From assembly GCA_051313645.2 (NCBI GenBank), contig JBNRSN020000019.1, forward strand, positions 20,646,001-20,710,000: a DNA stretch of 64,000 nt, read 5' to 3'. The stretch is from Centroscyllium fabricii. Taxonomy: Eukaryota. The notes under the pieces are model-generated. The model saw nothing but the letters and a program-made list of their open reading frames with translations, searched no databases and was not told where the DNA came from. Below are positions 10,874 through 23,792 of this stretch, one piece after another; the stretch's first letter is position 1, and each line of letters opens with the position of its first letter. Both the position numbers and the translations under genes were made by a program.

Positions 10874-11668
10874 CAATTGTAAGAAGTCACACAACACTAG
10901 GTTATAGTCCAACAGTTTTATTTGAAATCACAAGCTTTCGGAGCGTAGCTCCTTCATCAGGTGTGTAAAAAAGATTCATTTAAACACAGCATATATACGA
11001 GGGAGAGAGCAATGTAATCTTTCCAACATCACACCTCAGCAAAGAGACATACAAAGCAATCAAAGGTGTTTTAACATATTTTAACATATCTATCAGGCAC
11101 CAGCCTGAGATCAATGAGGTGCAGTCACAAAGGGTCAAATGTTGCAGTCTGGTGTCTGTGTGTAAACCCACAGAATGATTAAAAAAAAAGAAGATTTTTC
11201 TTACTGGAAATCGCAGCCACATCTGTGTAGAGAGTCATCCAGACTCGAGTCGTCTTTGGCTTGTTCTCTCTACACAGATGCGGCTGCGACTTCCAATAAG
11301 AAACATCTTAAAAAAAAAAAAAAAAAAAATCATTCTGTGGGTTTACACACAGACACCAGACTGCAATATTTGACCCTTTGTGACTGCACCTCATTGATCT
11401 CAGGCTGGTGCCTGATAGATATGTTAAAATATGTTAAAACACCTTTGATTGCTTTGTATGTCTCTTTGCTGAGGTGTGATGTTGGAGAGATTACACTGCT
11501 CTCTCCTTCCTATATATGCTGTGTTTAAATGAATCTCTTTTACCCACCTGATGAAGGAGCTACGCTCCGAAAGCTTGTGATTTTAAATAAAACTGTTGGA
11601 CTATCACCTGGTGTTGTGTGACTTCTTACAATTGTCCACCCCAGTCCAACACCAGCACCTCCACATCA
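10874..11668. mobile_element. Penelope-like fold-back: about 315-bp inverted arms around a self-complementary spacer; each arm carries a hammerhead motif
   Basis: 10874-11189 is the near reverse complement of 11311-11634. The spacer 11200-11301 is itself a stem-loop. CTGATGA-a-GGAGC-tac-GCTCC-GAAAGCTT at 11548-11576 (+) and its complement at about 10932-10960. Confidence 0.75.
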
Positions 11669-11812
11669 GGATTGGGGAAGTTATTCCTGCTTCCTTCATT
11701 TTAAAGCCATTGTGCCATTAGCTGAATCGCCAAGTTTATTCTATCGCAGTACATATCGGACACAGTACTTGAAAGCATTGTCATAAGGATTTAACACTTT
11801 TTTTGCAGACAA

Positions 11813-11984
11813 ATGGCGGAAAACGAAAACCACATCCAGGAGACTAAAGAACAAAGCAATGCATCTGAGGAAGCGGAGGAAGCTGTTCCTGAAGTGTCAG
11901 AACAGGGTCTTCCTAAAGAGCCAGAAGATGGAATAGCTGATACAACAATTATCATAAAATATTCTGTTGTTGAGTCACCTGCAA
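11813..11984 (+). CDS. IQUB: IQUB putative first coding exon (acidic N-terminus MAENENHIQETKEQ...VVESPA)
   Basis: Acceptor ttttttgcag at 11808, ATG at 11813 (acaaATGG), open frame, phase-1 donor gcaa|gtaaaa (weak). Assignment to IQUB rests on position and phase continuity. Confidence 0.6.
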
Positions 11985-13440
11985 GTAAAACTGACTATAA
12001 AAATTCTTAATTTTTACTCACTACTAATGTTTTCTTGGATAATAGCAGCATATTATGTTGCTGCTGTGCAGAATCAATTGAAATGTTTAAAAATGAGAGA
12101 GATACTTGGAATTAAGTATCTTGAGGTATACGTAGAAGGGGTGTGCAAGTGGGATTAAAAGGATAGATCTTCCATAGCTAACAGAATTGCAGAGCAGACC
12201 TGACAAGGCGAAATGGCCTACTTCTGTTCCTATGTTTCTATATAAATTTGAGATAATTTGCTAAGTTTTTACTATCCTATTCTACTCCTTAACAGGTGCC
12301 CCTGTGGAAATAATTGGCCTCCACACAATGCCCCCTTACCCCTCAGTAGCCGAGGTTACAGTGGGGAATCATGGGTGAAAACATGTACCCTCCTACTGCT
12401 GCAAAGACTGCTAAAGGAATTCACTTCAATGCTCAATAATAGAAAACTACTGATTTGTTCAGTTCTGCTTGTCATCCTTCATGTCTCTAGATAGAATGTT
12501 AATAAGTGCTGGAGGCATCACAATGCATTGGAGTAAAGACAGATTCTCTCGGTTTGTTTTTAAATTGATACGAATGTTCATTTTTTTTCCAATTAATTCC
12601 AATCCTTGCCTTCTTTTAGGCCCGACTAGGGACAGAAGCAAGTGTACAATCTCATCCTCTAGGAAGTGCATGAGAGTCACATGGGATGGTTGTGTGAGGA
12701 AAGCAGAGCTTTGTCTTATTTCAATTGAGGGAAATTGCTGTATTGCCATTTTTATATGACTGAATGTGGATTAAATTTGGTTTTCATTGGCTGTAGCAGA
12801 TATGTAGAGCTTCATTGTCTCTTGGCCCAAAGGGTTAGCTAATATGAAAAACTGTCTTATTTCAGCTGCATTTAAAGGATGCATCTGCCCTACTAGAGGG
12901 AACAAAATTAATGTTTGCTGTTCACACTAAATCGCTGGTGGTATAAGATATTGTGATAAGGACTATGAAATCACTAGGAGGAGATTGATAGGCTAATAAC
13001 CTGGGCAAATAGGTAGCAGATGCAGTTCAATATAGAAAAAATGTGAAGTATTACCCATTGCAAATAAGAATAGAGAAAAGAAATGCGTAGAAATTTGAAG
13101 TGTCAATTAGCTATCTATAGGGAGGGTGGTTGTGTACAATCTCAAATACCTCATTATGCGAAGATGGCTCCTTGCATGGTCCAGGGTGTCACTATTATTT
13201 CATTTGGTCAGTGGAGGGCTTAGCCAGGCAAATATTTGGGAGCTTCCTGACCCCAATTCAAAGGTTGGGCCCTCATCTGAGGGTAGTAACTTCATTTGAC
13301 AACTATTTCTGAGACCCTGGTTAAAAGGAATATGCTGTTGGTTGGAGTCCACTGTGATTGAGAGGTCAGTGCAGACCCTCCCCCTCGCATAGACTTGAAG
13401 GGGCAATACACAGACTCAAAGGAGCAATTCACAGACTCAG

Positions 13441-13833
13441 GTGGCATAGTGGTTAGCACCGTTGCCTCACAGCTCTGGAGACCCGGGTTCAAATCCAGCC
13501 TCGGGTACTATCTCTGTGGAGTTTGCACATTCTCCCCGTGTCTGCGTGGGTTTCCTCCGGGTGCTCTGGTTTCCTCCCACAGTCCAAAGATTTGCGGGTT
13601 AGGTTGATTGGCCAGGATAAATTGACCCTTTGTGTTCGGGGGATTAAATATGTGGGGTTACGGGGATAGGGTGGGATATGTGTCGGTGCAGGTTCGATAG
13701 GGATCGAGGGATATGGGGACAAGGCAGGGACGGGGTACTGGGTTTGGATGATCAGCCATGATCTCATTGAATGGCGGAGCAGGCTCGAAGGGCCGAATGG
13801 CCTACTCCTGCTCCTGTCTTCTATGTTTCTATG
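13441..13833 (+). mobile_element. HE1-type V-SINE
   Basis: Near full-length copy: tRNA head, V core, tail ending ttctatgtttctatg. Confidence 0.9.
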
Positions 13834-14719
13834 TCTCCCTCTGTGTTTTTTAATAACTTTGCAGCTAGCAGAAAAAGCCAGGGAAACCATAGCATCAAAG
13901 AGTTAAGCTAGAATAAATGGTCTTCTGCCTTAATACCATTTAATATGCTTAGAGAGAAAGTAAATTATGTTTTTATTGTTTACTAAACCAAGCTGTGCAG
14001 AAAATATAGGTTCTCACTTTGGAAATGGTATACTGTTTGTGTACCTTGTGTAAATTAGTTATGGATCCAAAGTTAATGCCTCATCTTGATAGAGCTCATA
14101 TTGAATTCACGTCTACAAAGAGAGGATAATTTAAATGGCAGCGTGTTATATTTCAGTAGCCAATGTTATGGAGTAAACATTCTTTGTTGCATTCTCTGAG
14201 CCATGTTATTGTGTAACTACATATTGTGCAGAAAATGGAGCACTTTGGATCGAAAGTGGAAATGTGGTCCACTTACAGGAATGACTAGTGGTAACACTGA
14301 ACTCGAGAGAATATCTAATCCAAAAACTGACATCCTCAAATGAGATATTAAAATAATGGCAGATTAAATTTCTTGTACTACACAAGGTATCATTTTTGTT
14401 GAATCATAGACTTTCAGCAAGTTCAAGTTAAATTTTATTGTCGCATATTTAAAACACAATTTAAACAGTGAAAAGCTTACTGCTACCCGACACACCGTGC
14501 AACAACCTTTGGTCTACCATCCGAGTGTGTACGCTAACCTACTGTGCCACTAGATTATTTTATTCTAATGTGACTGGACTATTTTCCCCCCAAATATATT
14601 GCATTCAAACAGCCATATATTTCTCCTTACCTGTATGTATGTATGATGACCTATTTTTTTCCTCTTTTTTCCTCTCAATGTTACAACATTAACACAAACA
14701 CATTGATTTGCTGGAATAG

Positions 14720-14854
14720 GAAGTTCTGAATTTGTAGCTTATGATGTGGAAGTATCTTCTGTATCTGCAGTTACTCTGCTTGATGAAGAAACCGCAAATC
14801 CAACATCTCAAGAGTCTGTGTCACCGGAGGTTGCTGATGTTATCAAACCTACAG
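14720..14854 (+). CDS. IQUB: IQUB putative N-terminal repeat exon A1 (135 nt, phase 1-1; SSEFVAYDV...SPEVADVIKPT)
   Basis: ag|...acag|gtattg, open frame, similar to exon 17687-17821. Confidence 0.6.
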
Positions 14855-15143
14855 GTATTGTTCATTGCTGATAGAATAAAATTAGTGCCCATTGACTAAT
14901 AAAGTCCTATCTTTCAAATCACTGGTGACATTTCAGTTGAAAGATTGTTGGCTGGTCTGCAGATATGTTGTGTTGCTGTGCAATTTGTTTTCATTAATAT
15001 TTTCTCTCAGTTTTGTAATTTTTCCAACTGCATCCTTTTGGAGCCCGCATGTCTTGCACCACACCCCATTCGACCGTGGGTAGGTGTGTTGTTTCCAGGT
15101 CTTTCTCTTGACTATGAAGTAACTAACTGCAGTAGATGCACGA

Positions 15144-15551
15144 GGAAACATAGAAACATAGAAGATAGGAGCAGGAGTCGGCCATTCGGCCCTTCGAGCC
15201 TGCTCCGCCATTCAATGAGATCATGGCTGATCATCCAAACCCAGCACCCCGCCCCTGCCCTCTCCCCATATCCCTCGATCCCTATCGAGCCTACACTGAC
15301 CCACATCCCACCCTATCCCCGTAACCCCACATATTCAATCCCCCTAACACTAAGGGTCAATTTATCCTGGCCAATCAACCTAACCCGCACATCTTTGGAC
15401 TGTGGGAGGAAACCGGAGCACCCGGAGGAAACCCACGCAGACACGGGGAGAATGTGTAAACTCCACACAGATAGTACCCGAGGCCGGATTTGAACCCGGG
15501 TCTCCAGTGCTGTAAGGCAGCAGTGCTAACCACTATGCCACCGTGCCGCCC
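15144..15551 (-). mobile_element. HE1-type V-SINE
   Basis: Full-length copy, reverse complement of 13441-13833. Confidence 0.9.
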
Positions 15552-16212
15552 AAAGTAGCTCCCCTCATCTTTGCGGGTCTTGCGCTTCTCTTTTAATGCT
15601 TTCTCCCCCGCCCCCCCCTTAAAAAATAATATGGCCACCTCAAGAAGCTCATGTAGTTTTGAGTCCACAATTCTCCGACAGTAGAAATGCCACTGTGCAA
15701 TCGCTTGCTGCTGTCATTAAATTATTTTTGTTTGAGGTGAGGAGGAACTAGACTTGAGACTTGTTTGAAGAGATGTTTTTTCAGGAGGCCTTTTAAGGTA
15801 GGTAGGAAGATAGATACGTTTTGTGAGAATTTTAGAGGGCAAGGGTATTATGACTGAAAGATGAGTGGTGAAGAGGCACAGCGAACAATGAGTAGCCCTG
15901 AGTCAACAGAGAAGAGGATACGGCAGGAATATATAGCTGGAGAAGGTTAAGATTGAGGGGGGCAGAGCCATAGCAATTTAAGGCAAGTACAACGATCCTG
16001 ATTTTCTCAAAATTAATTTGGTGCAGTAGAAGATTCTGAAATTGTAGAAGCACAGACAGCCTTTGGTGTCATGAGAGTGATGGGTGTATGGGATTCAGTA
16101 CAGTAGGAGACACAAACTGGGGAGGTCTGGATTTGCTGAAGGTTATGAAGCCTGAAGGTGGGGGAGGCTGGCGAGGAAAGCAGTTAAGGAATTGATCTGA
16201 GTGTGAGTGTAC

Positions 16213-16328
16213 TTTACTGTATGCAATTTGCATGTAATTTATTGGCACTACTCTCGGGAGCGGCGAGTCTTCGTCTCGTTGTATTGTACTAGTACTCTGC
16301 AATGACAATAAAACTTGAATTGAATTGA
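16213..16328 (+). mobile_element. Rex1/Babar 3' UTR fragment with (ttgaa)n tail
   Basis: Matches the 3' ends of the Rex1 copies at 27415-27537 and 43615-43735. Confidence 0.8.
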
Positions 16329-16634
16329 GTGGATGCCAATCCTCTGTATGATAGGTTTCTTTTAGTTTGATGTTGGACAATCTGCCCCCACCTCACCCCT
16401 GCCAAAGTGAATGACATTCCAAGTAGGGTAAAGGGAGGGACCAAAAAGGAGGGGAATAGGGGTAAACCTATCTCTTAAATGGCAGGGCAACAAGGTGCCT
16501 TGCTCCCTTTTTACAGCTGGCAGATGAAAGTGCATCAAGCTAACTCATTTGCCCATACTTTGAGGAAAAGCCTGACCTCCATTCGCCATCCCCCAACAGT
16601 CCTGCTGAAATCGGCAAATAAACATGAAGAGACT

Positions 16635-17490
16635 TAGAACATAGAACATACAGCACTGTACAGGCCCTTGGGCCCTCAATGTAGTGCCGCCCTTAGTCCG
16701 TCTCTGATTTTTCCTGTCCCCCCTACTGTTCCTTCCCCTCCATGTACCTGTCTATCATCCTTTTAAAAGCACCCAGACTGTCCGCATCCACTATTTCAGA
16801 TGGTAGCCTATTCCATTCCCCGACCACTCTCTGTGTAAAGAACTTGCCCCTGCCATCCCTTCTGAATCTTCCTCCTTGAATCTTGTGCTCGTGTCCTCTT
16901 GTTGTCGTTCTTCCCGCCCGGGGAAATAGTCTTTGCACGTTTACTCTATCGATCCCCTTCATCATTTTAAACATCTCTATCAATTCCCCCCTCTTCCTTC
17001 TCCGTTCCAGGGAGAAGAGTCCCAGTTCCCTTAACCGTTCCTCGTATGACTTTCCCCCCATTCCCGGCAGCATCCTGGTGAATCTCCTCTGCACTCTCTC
17101 CAGCGCCTCCACATCCCTCCTGTAGTACGGTGCCCAGAACTGCACACAGTACTCCACATGTGGTCTCACCAGTGACCTGTACAGCTGCAGCATGACCTCC
17201 CGGTTCTTAAACTCTATTCCCCTGTTGATGAAGGCCAATACACCATAGGCCTTTTTTACTGCCTTGTCCACCTGGGTGGCAGCCTTCAGTGATCTGTGTA
17301 CATATACTCCCAGATCCCTTTGCTCCTCTGCTTCACTCAGGACCCTGCCGTTGACCCTATATTCCCTCTTCCTATTTGCCCTACCGAAGTGCATCACCTC
17401 GCATTTCCCCGTGTTGAACTCCATTTGCCATTCTTCAGCCCAGCTCTGCATCCTATCTATATCCCTCTGAATCTTTCTACTTCTTTCCTC
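16635..17490 (-). mobile_element. Young 5'-truncated CR1 LINE with intact ORF2 C-terminus (16723-17451)
   Basis: WQMEFNTGKCEVMHFG...LYRSLVRPHVEYCVQFWAP...FFTQRVVGEWNRLP; (ttctatg)n tail. Confidence 0.92.
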
Positions 17491-17686
17491 CTCATACTTT
17501 CCTATTGAGTTTTAGGATATGTATGTAATCTGGTCAGTTTCTTTGACGATGCATACAGCAATCCAGATGCCAATTAACCATTCTGGTTTTATGTGGTTAG
17601 ATTATGTTTCAACTCAATGGCTTGCAACAGCTAAGCATTTATTCTATTTGTACTACAACCTAATGTTTCTCATTCATTTTGTGTAG

Positions 17687-17821
17687 AAGATTCTGAAATT
17701 GTAGGCCAGGATGTTGGGGGAGGTTCAACTGATGAAGTCACAACAGATGAAACCGTGCGAGATAAGGATGTTACAACACCAGAGGCCATGTCACCAGATC
17801 ATGCTGATGTTGGCAAACCAG
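17687..17821 (+). CDS. IQUB: IQUB putative N-terminal repeat exon A2 (135 nt, phase 1-1; EDSEIVGQDV...SPDHADVGKP)
   Basis: Polypyrimidine tract plus gtgtag acceptor; ccag|gtaatg donor; open frame. Confidence 0.65.
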
Positions 17822-18944
17822 GTAATGTTGACATTTTCACCTCATGTTCATATCCAGAAAAATACAATTTCTTTCCAGGATTACTCATTATCTTTCAAAT
17901 TACTAGTGCCATTTTAGTAGCAAAGGTCATGTGCTAGTGTTTTTGTATTGAGTGCAATATATTTAAAGATCTTTAAAATCAGATCTTATTGCCAATTTAA
18001 AAACCTGTTCATTCTCGGGTGTTTTTCATTCTTTTAGCATCAAAAACCGGGAGAAAATCAGTGGAAAGAAATTAGAGCCACCCACCCCCCATCTCTCACC
18101 TCAAAAAAAGATAAATTTGGAGAAAACCAGTTTTTGTTTTGAACATCATTAAACCTCAAGAAAGAAAGCAAAATACTAACAAGGCATAATTATGACAACC
18201 AGCAATTATTTACACATTTCATGGGCAACACTTTTGTATGTCCTCATTGGCAATTCTGAAAGTAATGTAATATGTTTCTGTGATCACAAAATACTCTCGA
18301 GCTATTTTAGCAGTTAAATACATTTATAGTATTTGTGGATAACTCTGCACTGAAAAATCATGAAGCCAAGATATTTTTTAAGTTTGACTGAAATGTGCAA
18401 TAGTTGATGTAAAATCTAATTTTGCAGTTTGTGCAGTAGTATATTGTGATTATTGTATGCAATGTCTCATTTTGTTAATAATTATCGAGGCTATTCAACA
18501 TGCATCCTGACATTACAGATGCAAATGTTTTTCCAGTTTCACCACTCAAAAAAAAATGTTGGCATTTACCAGTGAAGTTGGTAAAAACTGAATTTGCTGC
18601 TGTGGAACCTATTTTTTTTCCCATTCATGTTTTTACACATTGTTCTGCAATTTCCCCTGTTGCTTTCTTTTGGTGGACTATTCTCTGGGTGTGTGACTTA
18701 TTTTCAGGCCTTTTCCTATTCTGATTAATAGCTAGCTGCTAGAAGATGGACAAGCGTGTGCCAAGGAGTATTGCCCGCCAACCTTTATTTCCTTGCAATG
18801 GGAATATACCTGGCAATATGAGGAGCTTGTTTGGAATTATCGGCACACATTTACTATTATTCCATGGTACTGCGCTGCTTGACTAAGTAAATTTGTTGCT
18901 GTCATTAAACTTTTTAAAATGCTTTAATTCCAGCAATTTTGCAC

Positions 18945-19688
18945 AGAACATAAGTAGGAGCAGGAGTAAGCCATTCGGCCCTTCGAACCTGCTTCCCCAT
19001 TCAGTAAGATTATGGTTGATCTTCTCCTTCCCGACCATCCCCATATCCCTTGATTCCCTCAGTCGTCAAAAGTCTATCGCTCTGTCTTGAATATACTCAA
19101 TGACTAAGCATCCACTGCTCTCTGGGGTAGAGAATTCCAAAGATTCACAACCCTTTGAATGAAGAAATTTCTCTTCATCTCAGTCCTAAATGGCCGACTC
19201 CTTATTCTGAGACTGTGACCCCTAGTTTTAGACTCCCCAGCCAGGGGAAACATCCCCCCCCCCTGCATCTACCCTGTTAAGCCCCTTAAGAATTTTATAC
19301 ATTTCAAATGAGATCACCTCACATTCTTCTAAACTCTAGGGAATATAGGCTTAGTCTACTCAATCTCTCCTCATAGGACAATCCCCCCACCCACCGCATC
19401 CCCAGGAATCAATCCAGTGAACTTTTGTTGCACTCCCTCTAAGGCAAGTATATCCATCCTTGGGTAAGGAGACCAAAACTGTACACAATGCTCCAGGTGT
19501 TGTCTCACCAAGGCCATATATAATTGCAGTAAGACGTCTTTACAATTCAATTCAATTCAATTTAAAAAACTTTATTGGCATGACAGGATACATCCCTATG
19601 TTGCCAAAGTATAAAACATAAACTACATAGTTAAAATGCATAGATACAGATACAGGTATACTATGTATGGGCAGATATGCCCCTGTAC

Positions 19689-19736
<48 letters not shown>

Positions 19737-21945
19737 ACACACAATACATCTGTAACCTTTTATCGGTTGCTACACGTTCTTGCAGTTACAAACAGTATAA
19801 TAATTAGTGTTGATTAGTCTCTGTTTGTGTGTGTGTGCATGTTGGTCATTCACTGTCTCTCAGGTTGTGGCATGCTGTTACGTATTGTGCACCAAGCTGT
19901 GCCCTATTTCCCTCCCCAAGGATTATTCTTAGTTTTGATATATCATCTAGTTCTTTGAAATCTGGGATTGCCAAGCTTAATTTGTCAAAGTATGTTTTCC
20001 TTGTTTTGTCGAATTTTTAGCATTTTAGGAGGAAGTGCACCTCTGTTTCAACCTCATCTGTCAAACAGTGACCGCATATTCTATTTTCTCTTGGCTGCCA
20101 GGATTTCCTCTGTCTTCCTTTTTCGACTGCCAACTGGTGGTCACTTAGTCTGTACCTGGTGAGGGTCTGTCTCTGCTTTATATTTCTGACAGTTGAGAGA
20201 TAGTCTGCCAATTTATAATCTCTTTTTAGGGCACGGTAACATTCTAATCTGCTTTGGCTTTTGGTTACTTTATCCCAATGTTCCAAATAGGTTTCTTTGC
20301 ATTGTTTGATGATTTGGTTCACTCTAATTGGTGTTTGGAAAGCAGTGTTGATCTGAGACTGGTCAAGGTTTGACTGAGTAGGGGTAGTTAGTCTCAATAC
20401 CAACTGACACAGGGGACTCTTTTCTGGGTTCCGCCCTTGGGTTTGGAGGGCTTTAAACTGGAGGGTGTCTGGGGGACTAGATTTAAGGTGATTCCAAAAG
20501 TTTAATGCTCTTTTTTGGATATTTATTATCAGTGGGTATCTGCCTAATTCCGCCCTACATGCGTTTGTTGGTGTTTTCCTTTGGGTGCGGAGGATGCTCC
20601 GGCAACATTCCGCATGTAGGGCCTCCATTGTGTGTTTTTCCCATTTAGCATAACTATGATGACTGAGCGAACCCCATACTTCACTACCATAAAGCGCAAT
20701 GGGCTGGATTACACTATCAAATATTTTAAGCCAGATTTTAATTGGAATTTGGATGTTGTAGAATTTTCTTTTTATTGCATACAGTGCTCTTCGAGCTTTC
20801 TCTTTTAGTGCATTCACTGCCATGCTGAAGCTCCCTGATGCTGCAATGGTTAGACCAAGGTAAGTGTAGCTCATAGCGTGTTCGATAATGGTATCATTAA
20901 GAGTGAATTGGTATTTGTCTTCCTGACATCTGTTTTTTTTGGAAAAATCATGATGTTGGTTTTCTTTAGATTTACTGTCAGGGCCCAATTTTGGCAGTAC
21001 TCATCGAGTAGATCTAACTGTTGCTGCAGTCCCTGTTCTGTGGGAGACAGCAGAACCAGGTCATCCGCATAAAACAGGGATTTTACCTCTCCGTCTTTAC
21101 TCTTATACTCAAATCCTCTTGTAATAAAGGCCAACATACCATTTGCTTTCCTAATTGCTTGCTGTACCTGCATGTTAACTTTCTGTGATTCTTGTACAAG
21201 GACACCCAGGTCCCTCTGAATACCAACATTTCCCAATCTCTCCATTTAAAATATATTCTGCTTTTCTATTTTTCCAACCATTTCTCCACATTAGGTTCCA
21301 TCTGCCATGTTCTTGCCCACTCACTTAACATGTCGTTATCCCATTGCAGCCTTTTTGCATCCTCACAACTTACTTTCCCACCTAGCTTTGTATCATCAGC
21401 AAACTTGGATACATTACACTTGGTCCCCACATCTAAATCATTAATATAGGTTGTAAATAGCTGAGGCCCGAGCACTGATGCGGTACCCCACTAGTTACAG
21501 CCTGCCAATCCGAAAATGACCTGTTTATTCCTACTCTCTGTTTTCTGTCCATTAACCAATCCTCAATCCATGCTAATACATTACCCCATATCCCATGAGT
21601 CCTAATTTTGTGTAATAACCTCTTGTGCGACATCTTAGCCAATGCTTTTTGAAAATCCTAATACACGACATGCACTGGTTCCCCCTTAACTAACCTGCTA
21701 GTTACAACCTCAAAAAACACTTGGATTTGTCAGACACAATTTCCCTTTCATAAATCTGTATTGACTCTGCTCAATCATATTATGCCGTGTTACCACGTCC
21801 CTAATAATAGATTCCAGCATTTGTCCTGCTACTGATGTCAGGCTAACCGGTCTACAGTTCCCTGTTTTCTTTCTCCTTTCTTGAATAGTGGGGTTACATT
21901 TGCTGCCTTCCAATCCACGGGGATCGTTCTAAAATCTGTGGATTT
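18945..21945 (-). mobile_element. Degraded CR1 LINE split by an RTEX-like insertion
   Basis: Tail at about 18945; RT fragments (YINDLD, SKFADDTKLGG, RPVSLTS) at 21100-21945. The two halves join across 19544-21091. Confidence 0.85.
19544..21091 (-). mobile_element. 5'-truncated RTEX-like non-LTR retrotransposon with 9-bp TSD
   Basis: YADDLVLLSP...LYGSEVWG...CRAELGRYP...RYRLSDHQLAVEKGR...RICGHC...VETEVHFLLKC; (ttgaa)n tail; TSD cgtctttac at 19535-19543 / 21092-21100; (tatatg)n in the 3' UTR. Clade label is from memory. Confidence 0.8.
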
Positions 21946-22586
21946 CTACAAATCCCCTTTATTTTATTGACCTTTCTCCCTTTTTCTTTTCTAATGTTGC
22001 CACATGAATAAATCAATATAAATTAATAGGATAGAGCTGAAAGTCCTGACACTGTGGAAAATAATGTTGTGCAACTTCCTGCACCTGAAATTACTCCAAT
22101 TTAAAAAGAACTGATCAAGAAAGAAGTTAATGCCCATGTCAAATAGCTCAAGCCACTGGCATGGTTGAATGCTGAAAGGTTCTTACTCAGTCTTTGTATC
22201 ATTTCTAACAAGGTAGATACATTGCCTCTTTAACTGGTAGGTAGAATATGTGTGGGGAAACTTCCTGGCTTCAGCGAGCTTTGCTGGGCACAAACACATA
22301 TGCTAGCCCTCAATCAGACCGTGTGCACCAACTTTCTGTGCTACTGAATCATTTCATGTGGTTAGAATAATTTTTTAGGAATAAATGGTATTTCAACAGC
22401 AATGTATTTGTTCCAATCCACCAGAAATTGTACATTATTCATTGATGGGATGTGGGCGTCGCTGGCTGGCTAGGCCTGCATTTTAGTGCCCATCCCTAAT
22501 TGGCCTTGAGAAGATGGTGGTGAGCCGCCTTCTTGAACCGCTGCAGTCCATATGGTGTAGGTACACCCGCAATGTTGTTAGGAAGG

Positions 22587-22868
22587 TGTGGTAATACGGT
22601 TTACCACCAATGTATATAGTTATCTGTACTGTAACACTGCATTGTATATAGTTGCCTCTTGTGGTTGCCTCTTGCCTACCTGGGATGCCTCAGCCGGCTC
22701 CGCCTCCGGGCTCCACCCACAGGCTGCCGTATAAAGGTCACCGCCCTGCTGACCTCGTGGCATTCCAGGGTCGGTTAGTAACAAGATAAGACCTGAGCTC
22801 CAGTTCTTAGTTAATAAAAGCCTCAGTTGTATTCTTAACTTCGTCTTGAGTATAATTGATCGACATCA
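22587..22868 (+). mobile_element. Solo LTR with 5-bp TSD GAAGG, inserted in a LINE-derived fragment (about 22432-22886)
   Basis: TGTGGTAA...ACATCA; TATAAA and AATAAA inside; TSD at 22582-22586 / 22869-22873. Layout resembles the LTRs at 33614-33902 and 60006-60305. Confidence 0.85.
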
Positions 22869-22910
22869 GAAGGGAGTTCCAGGATGTTGAGCATCTTCCT
22901 GCATTTGCAG

Positions 22911-23012
22911 GTATTCCAACTGATGAACTTTCAACAAAGAAAACAGAGGATGAAAAGGATGACCCAACGCAGAAGACCATGCCAGCAAATCTTGCTGATA
23001 TAAGCCAGATAG
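22911..23012 (+). CDS. IQUB: IQUB putative repeat exon A3 (truncated; 102 nt, phase 1-1; GIPTDELSTKKTEDEKDDPTQKTMPANLADISQI)
   Basis: Donor atag|gtaatgttgac matches the exon A2 donor flank; an in-frame acceptor cttcctgcatttgcag is available; homology to A2 extends upstream (ccaggatgtt). Confidence 0.45.
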
Positions 23013-23602
23013 GTAATGTTGACTTCTGACAAAATACTTTTGTTTTTCAATTGGTGACATTTTAGAATAAAAGATTGTTGGCTACTGTCTCTGAATTTGA
23101 GTGCAATATATTGTGTTGGTATTGTGCAGCATCTTTCTCTTCCTCTCTAATTTGTGTATATTCTGTTGCTAAATTACTCAATTTTACTAATGTTACTTTC
23201 TAGAAGATACTTTCAAACTAACCTCAGGCTCTTTCTAGGTGCTTCTCCAATCAGAGATGTAAATGAAATGGCTGGTTGTTGTGTTTCAGTGGTCACTGGC
23301 TGGTCCTGCCTAGTTTCCAGCATATTTACTGTCATTTAAGTAGCATAGCTGGATGTGCCAGATGTGGTACTGTCTTGCAGTGTTGGCCATGAGCGCGCTA
23401 AATGAGCGCGCGTTCACGAGCGCGTTCACATTTTCGTGAACGCTGAACGAGCGCGCTCTTTCCCAGCAGCCTGAGCGAAAACGTGAGCGTCGTTCGTTTT
23501 GGAGGGAGCGAGCGGCGCTCTTCACGAGTCTGAATCGCTGCTGCCTGGGTCGGTGTCTCCAAGCCATCGGGACGGTAAGTGTCTCTCTCTCTCTCTCTGC
23601 AC

Positions 23603-23779
23603 NNNNNNNNNNNNNNNNNNNNNNNNNNNNNNNNNNNNNNNNNNNNNNNNNNNNNNNNNNNNNNNNNNNNNNNNNNNNNNNNNNNNNNNNNNNNNNNNNN
23701 NNNNNNNNNNNNNNNNNNNNNNNNNNNNNNNNNNNNNNNNNNNNNNNNNNNNNNNNNNNNNNNNNNNNNNNNNNNNNNN
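23603..23779. other. Assembly gap (N run)
   Basis: Run of n characters. Confidence 1.
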
Positions 23780-23792
23780 GCAAAATCTCTCT

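Noticed and set aside
13441-13510. tRNA-like sequences (also near 10255-10328, 15480-15551, 25360-25432)
   Set aside because: These are SINE heads with A/B boxes, not tRNA genes.
16027-16048. 22-nt match (gtagaagattctgaaattgtag) to the acceptor and start of exon A2
   Set aside because: No further homology or matching donor was seen, and it sits in decayed repeat-like sequence. It may be a remnant but cannot be supported as an exon.
20871-21245. ORF fusing CR1 and RTEX peptides
   Set aside because: A chance in-frame junction at the 5' truncation point of the RTEX insertion, where the TSD is present.
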